Source of the DNA: Nemertoderma westbladi
Taxonomy: Eukaryota; Animalia; Xenacoelomorpha
Assembly (NCBI GenBank): GCA_032718475.1
Contig: JAUCBJ010005613.1
Location: 1 to 64,000, forward strand
Reading direction: 5' to 3'
Length of the DNA stretch: 64,000 nucleotides
In this document: positions 41,701-53,700 of the stretch, piece by piece
Position numbering within the stretch: the first letter of the stretch is position 1
How the letters are laid out: every line of letters starts with the position of its first letter
The notes under the pieces: model-generated
The model's database searches: none
Told to the model about the DNA's origin: nothing
What the model saw: only the letters and a program-made list of their open reading frames with translations
Position numbers and translations under genes: made by a program

Positions 41701-44700
41701 GAGATCATTGGGTTGTCTCCCACCTGGAAGTTGAAATAATCTAATTAGTGGTATTATGGGTGAACTGTATACGATTTTAATTTAATTATATTATTATTTA
41801 TAAATTTAATTCGGCACAGCTAAGTAAATAGGAAATGACGTCAGGTGGGATCGAACTGGTGACCTCCAGGATGGAAGTCTGGGTCCTTAACTTAAATATT
41901 ATTTAATAAATACTACTGGAAATGCTACTGCTATGTCTATAGACTATGTCCACATAGAGGCCATACTTCCAATCTGGAGGTCTCCATTTCGATCTCACCT
42001 GGATTTCATTGCCTAATTTGCTAAGCTGTGTCCAACGAAATCTATAATGATAATCTAATTAAATTCAAATCGTGTGCAGCAAAAAATATTATAAATTATT
42101 ATTTTTGTTTGCTTATGAATCTTTTAGGGTTAGTTTATGTACAATTTTCCAATATTAGGGATATTTCAATAAAAATTACATTAAATTAAACAATATAATA
42201 CTAAGTCGAAAATATATTTAGCAGCTAGTTGCTTTGTAGCTGCACATTAAGATGCTATTATGATGGCTTAACAAGAAAATATGTTGCCACCATCATGCAT
42301 TCTACAAATTGCTGTAGTCCACGTTGCTGTAGTGCACGTTGCTGTAGTGCACGTTGCTGTAGTGCACGTTGCTGTAGTGCACGTTGCTGTAGTGCACGTT
42401 GCTGTAGTGCACGTTGCTGTAGTGCACGTTGCTGTAGTGCACGTTGCTGTAGTGCACGTTGCTGTAGTGCACGTTGCTGTAGTGCACGTTGCTGTAGTGC
42501 ACGTTGCTGTAGTGCACGTTGCTGTAGTGCACGTTGCTGTAGTGCACGTTGCATTAAGAACTTGTCGACAAAATTGCACCACCACAACTCCCAATCCCGC
42601 ATGACTTTCGCGAGATTCGCATCTTCAAACCCAGTCAGTGTCCTTTAAGAGGCTTCTTATGTAAATCAAGGCCAGTCAGTGTCCTTTAAGAGGCTTCTTA
42701 TGTAAATCAAGGCCAGTCAGTGTCCTTTAAGAGGCTTCTTATGTAAGTCAAGGCCAGTCAGTGTCCTTTAAGAGGCTTCTTATGTAAGTCAAGGCGAGTC
42801 AGTGTCCTTTAAGAGGCTTCTTATGTAAGTCACGGCCAGTCAGTGTCCCTTAAGAGGCTTCTTATGTAAGTCAAGGCCAGTCAGTGTCCTTTAAGAGGCT
42901 TCTTATGTAAGTCAATGCCAGTCAGTGTATTTAAGAGGCTTCTTATGTAAGTCAAGGCCAGTCAGTGTCCTTTAAGAGGCTTCTTATGTAAGTCAAGGCG
43001 AGTCAGTGTCCTTTAAGAGGCTTCTTATGTAAGTCACGGCCAGTCAGTGTCCTTTAAGAGGCTTCTTATGTAAGTCAAGGCCAATCAGTGTCCTCTAAGA
43101 GGCTTCTTATGTAAGTCAAGGCCAGTCAGTGTCCTTTAAGAGGCTTCTTATGTAAGTCAAGGCCAGTCAGTGTCCTTTAAGAGGCTTCTTATGTAAGTCA
43201 AGGCCAATCAGTGTCCTCTAAGAGGCTTCTTATGTAAGTCAAGGCCAGTCAGTATCCTTTAAGAGGTTCATTATGTAAGTCAAGGCCAGTCAGTGTCATT
43301 TAAGAGGCTTCTTATGTAAGTCAAGGCCAGTCAGTGTCCTTTAAGAGGCTTCTTATGTAAGTCAAGGCCAGTCAGTATCCTTTAAGAGGGTTCTTATGTA
43401 AATCAAAGCCAGTCAGTGTCCTTTAAGAGGCTTCTTATGTAGTCAAGGCCAGTCAGTGTCCTTTAAGAGGCTTCTTACGTAAGTCAAGGTCAGTCAGTGT
43501 CCTTTAAGAGGGTTCTTATGTAAGTCAAGGCCAGTCAGTGTCCTTTAAGAGGCTTCTTATGTAGTCAAGGCCAGTCAGTGTCCTTTACGAGGCTTCTTAC
43601 GTAAGTCAAGGTCAGTCAGTGTCCTTTAAGAGGCTTCTTACGTAAGTCAAGGGCTGTCCACCTTGCCTATTTTCTCAATAAGGCTGCGATAGCATAAGAT
43701 TATGTACAGGATATTCCTCACGGCAAAATCAATGTCCTACGAAGCGGTGTAGGCTGCTCTGCTCAAGTCTCAAGCTGGGGGGCCAATGGAACACCGCAAT
43801 GTAATTTAATAATGTATTGTAATAATGTCATGTAATAATAACTTCAAGTTCATCAGCAAAGTCTAGTTTGGCTGCATTTCCACGGCTTCTAGAGCCAAGG
43901 GGGTGTTACCATTACAATAATATCAATAATGGTGGTCTAAGGACATAGTCAACCACAATTATGAATAAGAATGATGCAAGTCGTGTTGTCACCCTGCTGG
44001 AGGACTCACCATAAAACTTTGAAAAATAAAATAAAACATTGCAGAGACCAACTTATTCGGTTTCATTTATTACGACAATTACTGACAAAGAGAGTGCGAG
44101 ACTCTGTTTGTCCGGTAAACATAACGCCAACATCATCGCCAACAATGTAATGAGTTCCTATTGTCTGTCTGTCTACCAGTACAGTTGAAGTAACAGAGTT
44201 CATATTGTCTGTTTGTCTACCAGTACAGTTGAAGTAACAGAGTTCCTATTGTCTGTCTGTCTACCAGTACAGTTGAAGTAACAGAGTTCCTATTGTCTGT
44301 CTGTTTACCAGTACAGTTGAAGTAACATACATGAAATACAAATTAAAATTTAGCGATTCTATCACCAAGTCGGTATTTATGAAATATGTTGAATAATAAG
44401 TAACCAAACAGCCAATAAATCAAAGAAGAGGGGAAAGTTCCGCCCATAAGACCAAAATTATCATCAACCTTTTTTTTAAACTGGGCGATAAATCTTCTGC
44501 ACCACCCCCGCCACAGTAATGCCAAAAGGCGTACAGAGGATTGATGACAGGCAGGTATTGATTGACAGAGAAGTTATGTTTTAAAATAAATATATTTTAG
44601 GCGTGGAGGCGACCCATTTTGTGAGAAATATTAAAACTTACCTTATCCCGTTTTAATATTGATACTGAAATAGTATTATATTAATTAACCATCTCAAAGC

Positions 44701-47700
44701 CTCAACGTAATTATTAAAGAATCACCATTAAAATAATACTGAAGCCAATAATTTTGCGAAATAATCAATAAGCAAGCTTTTTGTAAATAATTGCCAGGTT
44801 CTCGACGGAACGTTCTAACTAAATTCCACAGTTTCTTAAACGAACGGATGAAGTGGTAGGCATTCACCAGCGGTAGCATAGTGTATAGATTTATAAGAAA
44901 AATTTATAAAGTATTGAGGGTCTTTAGCTGGTTATATTATTGGCTATTACTATTACTTTATATATTTTTTCTATCATCTATCCACAGTTTCTCTCATACA
45001 GTTTCTATGCGCCCCCATCCCATACCCTACTGGCTCGAAACGTAATCTGCTGTCGTTACAGCACTCTGGCTAATCCCCTTCTAGCGGGAGTTTTAGCCAT
45101 CCAACTTTTGAATCAAAACGTATCTAACTGGCCAATCAGTTGTCTTCTTGGCTACCCAATCAAGACGCTTGCTTCCTGAGAAGGTATTTAAGGGGCTGCC
45201 CGCCAATTTTTACTCACTTCCAATCGACAACCTGGTGCCTTTTGCAAACCCCTGCTTCAAAGTTTACTGATTTAATTGTTTCCTCCTATTTCCTTACCAA
45301 AATTAAAATAAACTCGGTTATCGCACTCATCTCAAAATCAACTTTTTCAACTTTTGAGATTTCACATTTTAGTTGAGGTAGCTTCCCAGCCAGGCAATAA
45401 AGCACGCCCTACATCTAAGGGGAGATGGCAATATCGTGGAGAGAAGTGTCATTTTAATAAGTTATAATGTATAAAATAATAATATGTATATAATAATGTG
45501 TGTATATACCAAGTTTGGTTTAATTTCATCGAGGATTGGCTTGAGTTATTAACGTTTAAATATTGGACGTGACGGAATGACAGAACATCAGAACGAAAGA
45601 CACACCGATTGAGATGTTATAATTATCTAAAGACGGCATACTGCCGCCTTAATGAACATGGTCCTTAATGATTTATAATGTTAAAGGATGCAATGTGCCG
45701 CCTTTTTTAAGTGTTGGTACGTTACGGTTAATTACATATTGGTATTTATTACATTTGGCAGATTATGAAGGAAAACTCTCTCAATCTTTGACCACTACTT
45801 GTCCGCTGATAGGACCCCGCAACCCCGGGATAAAATCCTCCACGGTCAGCATTAAAATTATTTATTATTCTTTTAATACTGTTATTTAGTACAAATAGTT
45901 ATTTTGTATAAAAAAAACTCACCAAAGTATAGGTTGGCACAGTGACGATTCTTCGAGTGACATTTTCCAGCAAAACAATAGCCTTTGGACTCATCGCAGG
46001 AGGTGCCATCCGCTTCCGGTGTTGGTGTTGGGATCTGCATAAAAAAGGAGGCAATTGTCGCGGTAGCCGGGTAGATCTGGAGACACGAGATGTGCGGCCG
46101 GTTACCGTGCGGGTTGAGTTAGGTTTGTTTTCACTGGTTGTGTAAGGGACGGATGATACAACTCAGGGGCCTTGGGAAAACTAGGTGTTTGTTTCTCCTT
46201 CCATGTATAAAAGAAATATCATAGCTAATAAACAGTGACCAGTAATTGCACAAATCTGAGTCTGATATCTGTACTGAGATACTAACTTACACTAAATGAT
46301 ACCGGTCTTTTTTTCCCGTATTTTTGTTCTAGTCTTACCCTTTTCGCGGCGACAAAATTGTTATATATTTTATTATAGAATATAGGCTTAGCTATGTGCA
46401 GTTTATTACCGGTATCATTTAGTGTATAGCGGTTAGGCTTAGGGTTCATGTCATTATATTTGTTTTTGTTTGTGTTTTTTGTTTGTTTTGTTTGTATTCT
46501 GTGATGGCCCTAGGGGTCGAGAAGTAATTTGGGCTAAATATCCTGATTCTATATATTTTTGTAGTTTATGGGGTGTAACACTCTTGTTTGTTTACTTTTA
46601 ACTTAATATATACACCACACGATATCTGACTTTGAGGAATTCGAGTTCATTGATTCTGACATACACCATGTCCTGGAATATAGTGTCCTAATTCAGTGAC
46701 ATGGACCCCCCCCCAAATTTTCCAATTTTTAAATATTATTATTATTATTATTATTATCGTACAGTACATACCTACACCATGCCCTAGAATATAGTATCGT
46801 TATCGTTATATCTCCACCCCCCAAATTGTTCTACAAATCTTGATAAGTTTGCATGAAATATGAAATTTGAAACAGAGATAGTTTCACCTCCCTCCTCCTT
46901 AGTGGGTGAGCGAGAATTTTTATTTATTTGCTTTCATTCTTTAGTTATAGCGTTTAAAAAAAGTGTCTCTGTCGATATTGCACCAGTTACACCCCAGTTA
47001 TTCTTCAGACGTTTAGTGATTTGTTGGTACTAGTGGAAAGCTGACCGTGCAAGGATTCGAAATATGTAAAAATATTTGAATTTTGTTGGGAAATAGCTGA
47101 GATATGGGCATTCGAATTTTGCATGCATTTGCTTCCACTGCAGGCCATTTATTCTATTTAATAAATACACAATGTTCTAGAACATTTTGATTATGTAGGA
47201 ATATCCATATATTAGTATTATCATGTAGGCATTGCATTGTTGCCAAGCTACTTATGAGATAAACAAAATGTTCTAGAATATTGTGTATTTATTAAATATA
47301 ATGCAGTAGGCCTATCTGGCTGTCAGGCAAATTTCCACCTATTGCTTACGTGGTAACCAATGACGGCGTTAAGTAATGTCCACTAAGGGGATATTACTTA
47401 ACGGATTACAACAAATACAATACTAAATGTACAGGCCAATACAATGCTGTACTTTCTTCTAAAGTTGTAAAGTGTTAAATAACAACTCTCGTTTAATACT
47501 AACGGCGTTGAGTAATGTTACAATTTTGGAATAATAACTATTTACATCATTGTGTGCAAAGTAGCACTTTGCAGCGTTACGACCCGAGTTTATTTATGTA
47601 CCGAGCGAGCGCAGCGAGGGAGGTTTACATAAATAAACAAGGGTCTTTAACGCTGAAAAGTGACCTTTGCAAGCAATGATGTATGTAATTTTGTTACATT

Positions 47701-50700
47701 ATGTCAACTTATCAGCGTTCGGTATGTGAAGAAAGGATTTTATGGATGCTCATTTAAACATTTTAATCAGGTACTATTTCGAATATAAGTGAAATTTATT
47801 AACAGGTACACAGTATTAATTATACATTTATATCTAATTAAAGTTTATTGTTGTTATCTCCTGCATGGATGTGATAAATCTTTGATCCATCGTCGACTGA
47901 GTCACCGTCTGTGTCCGTTCAGTTTTACTGAACACTGTCGCCATATTTTCTTTGCTCATTTTCTCTAAAATGTCTTCTATAGGACGTATGGAATACAGTC
48001 TTACACGTTAAACAATTATTTACATACAGTAGCTAGTCCCGTCACTTCAAACTGGACGCACGCATTATGCAAACACGTGCTGCTTTATTGAATAAAGAAG
48101 CACGCATTAATGTAAATGGAAATAATACATTCTGGAATACGGTAATTGAAGTTGTTTCCATGTTATTGATTACTTTGCAGCGTTCCGTCCTATAGGCCGC
48201 AACGCTGCAAAGTAGTACCTTGCAGCGTTACGAGTAATTCACCAGAACGCTGTTAAGTGGACATAATATAACAAAATAATATATGTATTTTATAATAATA
48301 TAAAAGATTAGAAAAAAGATTAAAAATTATTATCATTTTCAACTGAATTTAGATTTTATAAGGTTCTCCCAGCCCACAGCATGTAACAATAAGTTATATT
48401 AATTACTTAATGCAGCAATTCCTTCATCATATAATACAGATAAATACTGATATACACTTTCAGGCATTACACGTTACAGCGTTATGATATAATCAGTCAA
48501 TATCAAGGCCTAGGTTACCGGTACATATCTATATAACCCAACTCTAAATTGTTAACCGGTCCCCTCCACCAAGTCACAGGGCATGGCCTCTTATAAATAC
48601 TAGTATAATATCACACATCTCCTCCCGAGATATTTGACTCTATAAAGTATATAAATCGAGTTATAATAAACATCTGTAAATAATCAAATATCTAAACAAT
48701 CATTGAGGGAAGGAGAGAAAAAAAAATGAAAAACTAAAATTTTCCATTCCGTCTTCCATTGCTTAATATCATTTTCGTAGAAATCCAACTAATTTCATTT
48801 TCATGGTTGTACATTAAGCCTGTTTGGTTGTCTCCTGGTACGCTGACTTCTTCTCAACGGTAATGGAGTACCGGTAGTTTCATCTGGTGGTGCAGTGTGA
48901 GTTTCTGATTTAACAACCTGCTTATTATCTTCTTTGGACAAGCACGGTCTAAGGAAATGGCGGTTTCGCCATATCACACCACCAGATGGTAGTTTTATGG
49001 TATAATCACGGTGTTCCCCCACAAATATAACCTGTCCAGATTTGTCCCATTTCTTTGTAGATGGGTTTTGAATCATAACAGTAGACCCTGATTTGATCGG
49101 ATTTAATTGTCTGGTAGAACGATTATAATAGTTTTCTGATTTATAAAACTCAGCTGTTCGTTTATCATCCACATCGGATGCTAATTTCTGCCATGCAGGA
49201 GCAAACGATCGTGGGTGAGCTGGAACTTTGGATCTCAAATTACATCCAAAAACATATTGCGCAGGTGAGCGACCCTCAACACGAGGTGTGTTTCTCAACT
49301 CTAATAAACCATTTAAAAATCCTTCAGATTTAATATTTCCATTATGTTTCATGACAAGGTGTTTGAGAACTTTCACAGTAGCCTCAGCATGGCCATTAGA
49401 TTTAGGATAGTAGGGAGATGACGGAACCCATTGAACTCCCCACCTTGAGAGGAAGTCCTGAAACTCTTCAGACCTGAATTGAGGTCCTCCATCTGAGCGC
49501 AATACTACTGGAACCCCAGTTTGTACAAAAAAATGTTGTAATGCAGCAGAAACTTGTTCTGAGTTAGGATCTTGGGCCCATTTGGCCAGGAAGGGAAATC
49601 CTGATAATCGATCTGCATATGCTAGATATTTATTTCCTGCAAAACTGAATAGATCTGCGGATACAACTTCGAAGACTCGCGTTGGTAATGGATCTGCTGC
49701 TAAGGGTTCTGTAGGGTTACTGGGTCGGTGTAACAAACATTCTTCACAATCTTCTACAGCCTGTGTTAAATCATTTGACATTCCAGGCCAAAATAATATG
49801 TCTCTAGCTCTCCTCTTCATTCTATCGATCCCTTGATGAGATTCGTGAAGAAGTTTGATCACGCTTTTGATTGAAGCGTGCGGAATAACTAGACGACAAC
49901 CTCGTAAAACTAAATTATCTTCGACGGAAAGTTCAGTCCAAAATCTCTTAAAACGTTGGACATAGGGAGTATTTTGTTTATTACATGTAAATCCCTGAAT
50001 AATCGCAGTAATTAAGTCTTGATAATTAGGATCATCCTTTGCAATAAGTTTGATGTTTTCCAATACTGGATCTTTGGCAGAACAATGTCTGTCCAATGAA
50101 CTGTCATGTAAACCTTGAGTGATAGTTCCAATGTTTGCTTCCATGACTGAAGCGTGTTGAAGGGCTTCTAGACGATGTTCCTCCTCGTCATCTTCAGGAT
50201 CTTCAATCGGATATCTCGAAAGAGCATCAGGAATTTTATGTTCCTTTCCTTGTTTCCAAACAACATTAAATTGATACCCATTTAATTTCTCCAGATATGA
50301 TTGAAGTTTAACATTTTCGATTTGATCTAATGTATAATCATTAAAAATCCTCACAAGTGGTCGATGATCAGTAATTACAGTAAATTCTTGGAGTCCCTTT
50401 AGGTAAACTTTACATTTCCGTATCGCCCATAGAATCGCCAATGCTTCTAATTCTACCATTGCGTAACGTGTTTCCACGTCTTTCAAGAACCGTGAACCAC
50501 ACTGTATTAAACGCCACTTATGATTCTGACGTTGTAGTAGAGCAAAACCAAACCCTTTGGTCTTTGAAGCATCGGTGTGTAATGTGGTCTCAGCAGAAAT
50601 ATCGAATTGAGCCAACACTGGTGGCGAGATCAACGCTTCTTTCACAGCTTTAAATGCTGCTGCTTGATCTGCATTCCAGACAATGTACTATAGACAGCAT

Positions 50701-53700
50701 ATTATGTAAAATTTTGGGACACTAAATCTGTGGTAGTGCTAGATCTAGACGCTGAGAAAGGGCGAATACTGGGGAAAACTGATTGAATGCATGGGAATAC
50801 AGGCAAGAACAGCGAAAAACACACACATTTACATTACCCCCCCCCCCCCACCCCCCCCCCCCCCCCTCTTACTAAAATACAATAAGTGCTGTGCGTACTG
50901 TAACCAAGGCGTACTAATATACAAGGCCATGCCATCGAGTTAACTGGGGGCGGTGACTGGGGGCAAGATTTTTTTTACAACAATTTGATATGGGGAGAGT
51001 TCTATAAATTTCCATTTGCTGCAATTTGGTCAATGGACGTAATTGAAGCATCCTCATTATGTAAGATACAAAATTTTATGGTAGCTAGTGTTTTAGGTAG
51101 GTTTAGCTAGGAATTTCGACCCTGGTTCCGACATCCTACTTCCCTCTATAAATATTTTGTAGTAGCTAGTTCTGTTACTATTTGTATAGAAAATGTTCCA
51201 GAAGATGTTAGCTATTCATTTTAAAAAAAAATTATGTTCTAGAACAAATATTTTTTGTTCTAGAACATTTTTTAGAAAAAAATCTGGATTCTATTTAAAA
51301 CTCATGGAATCTTTCTAAAACTTAAATTAAAACTTGAATCTTTATAAGATAATAATTAATTAATTCCTTTAAAGTATAAATACAGGTTTCAGTCCCTAAG
51401 GACTTTTTAAAACCGAATTGATTATCAGTGGTCCCTAACAAAATTATCAATACGATAAAGAATTAAAAATTCATATAATTTACTGAGAACATTAGCAGTG
51501 GTAAGAGGTCTGTAATTGGATTTGTCCGTCACGTCGCCGGACTTATCCTTAACTAAAGGTAAAATATTGAATGAAAACAATGCAATAGGAATAAAATCAT
51601 GAACATTACAACTAGTAAAAAGAGAGACAGGTACCGGTACACTAGAAGTCTGTCAGAAGAAATTAAAGTATGCTTCGCCGTTAAACCATCTGGGCCAGAA
51701 GTTTAAATTTCAAATTCACCAAAGCCAGATGAAGTTTATTTATGGAGAACTTCATATCCCTGGTATTTGAAATGTCAGAGAATACAGAACGAATGTCATC
51801 AGAAGGAGAGCGAGGAACAGAGTTAAATACTATAACTAATACATTTATTATACTATCAACTTAACCCTGTAATAAAATTGTTATAAAAATTAGTTTTTCA
51901 AAATAGCCAAAATATATGATATAATAATTTTAATAATAACATATTTGACTTAATATTCGTTTACTGAGACTTACACTGGAATCTCCAGAACAAGTGGCTT
52001 TCGAACACAGGTCTTCTCCGACATGGTCATTCTGTATCGTGTATATGGTAGATTCCCCAAGGTATTGGCAGGTCTGGGCATTGCAACACTTATCTGCAGT
52101 TTCGCGGCAGTTCAGCACAGGTCCGCAGTCACACTGCTCTCCTTCATCAACAATGCCATTCCCACATTTCGGAGCCTACAAAAACAAAAACAAAAACAAA
52201 AACAAAAACAAAAACAAATACAACTATTTAATTATACAATAATTGTATTATTTTAAATAAATACTAATATAAATTAATATAATTATAATAAATATAACAA
52301 ACAATAATGATTAATTACATATTCGACTAATATTAAAATAATATAAACGGAACACAACAATCGGTAGGTATAGATAGTTTCATATTAATAAGGTATCAAT
52401 GTTTTGTTCTACACTGTCAGTATAGCATTATCTTGTAAATTTACATAACATAAAACCAAAGAAACTGGTAACCATCACTGAACCATTACTGAGAAATATA
52501 CAATGGTGTAATATGTACCACAGTAGGAATAGTTGGTATATCAGTAACGTGGCTATCGGGATATTCAGCCATGAACGAGATAATTTTGATAAAATGGTAG
52601 GACAGTTTATGGGACTGCAAATAACTAACTAACTACACCATGTCCTGGAATATAGTGTCTTTATTCTGGTACATGGCTCCCACCCTCAAATTTATAAATT
52701 TGATTACAAATTTGATAGCTGATTGGTTGATATGGGTTGTCAACATGTGTTCCTTGTACCTGAGGATCACTTTCATTTGCTTTCCAGAGGGAAATTTGAA
52801 CATTGGTTTACATATTGTGAGCCTGTACCTCAATAAGCGGAAATTGAAAAATCATGTGCATTAATATTGTTAAAAAAGGCAATTCCCTTCAATTTTTCCG
52901 TTGCCAAAAAATTGAGTAGTTAGATAAACATGTCTAAGATGATTTTCCAATGCTCCAATAGATTGTTAATAGATTTTAACCAAGTGAGTAGTGTTTTAAA
53001 GATTGTTGTCCCACAACAACATTGCCCATTTAAGTAAGCTATAATTACACTGTTATTAGTATTTATTTCTCAGTTAGTTGGGTACCTACACTAATATTTG
53101 TTATATATTTATTATTATTACGTATTCTGATTTTTATGTTTGCATATTAATTGTTCGGTACCTTAAACGGAACCTTTAGGTTCGATAATTTTTGGCAGCA
53201 GTAGTACCACAGTACACTTCTATGGGAGTCCATGATGGGCTCTAACAGCAGAGGATACCAAATCTCTGGATGGCACTTTCACAAGAATGCTGCGCTGGGT
53301 TCACTCTGTCAGGTACAATGAACACATCTTCAACTAAACTCTATACAGCATTGGAGGTTTTCCATTAATCTTCCCTAGCTTGACACTTGAACGGAACCGC
53401 CTCCGCTTTGCAGGACATTGCTATCGCCGTGATGATCAGCCAGTGCATAACCTTGTACTTTGGCGCTCTCATGGAGTGAATAAGCATGGTGGACAGCCCA
53501 TGACTTTCTTGAGACGCATCTTAAAGGACACTGGCCTTGAAGATGCGTATGATCTAGCAAATGTTATGGGTGCTAGGGAGTTGTGGCGGCGCAATTTTAT
53601 CGACCAACCAGCACAGCATTCTTAATATATATGTAATATATATATATATATATACTGCAGCTGCAATGCAGCATGCCGATCGTAGTAGTAGTACATGTAG

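Larger units (their letters stand above)
42290..44010 (-). mobile_element. Degenerate RTE-like LINE copy carrying two internal tandem expansions
   Basis: LINE sequence is present at 42553-42630 and resumes at 43651 (GGGCTGTCCA...). Confidence 0.75.

Noticed and set aside
42229-42648. Cys-rich (CCSAR)n ORF resembling a metallothionein or toxin
   Set aside because: A 15-bp repeat open in most frames and embedded in a LINE remnant
45025-45045. Second hammerhead around GGCTCGAAACGTA
   Set aside because: No upstream CTGANGA core or stem I partner
48376-50700. ACAGCAT at both ends of the Gypsy fragment as a TSD
   Set aside because: The element is truncated inside pol and has no 5' LTR, so a true TSD is not expected; probably chance
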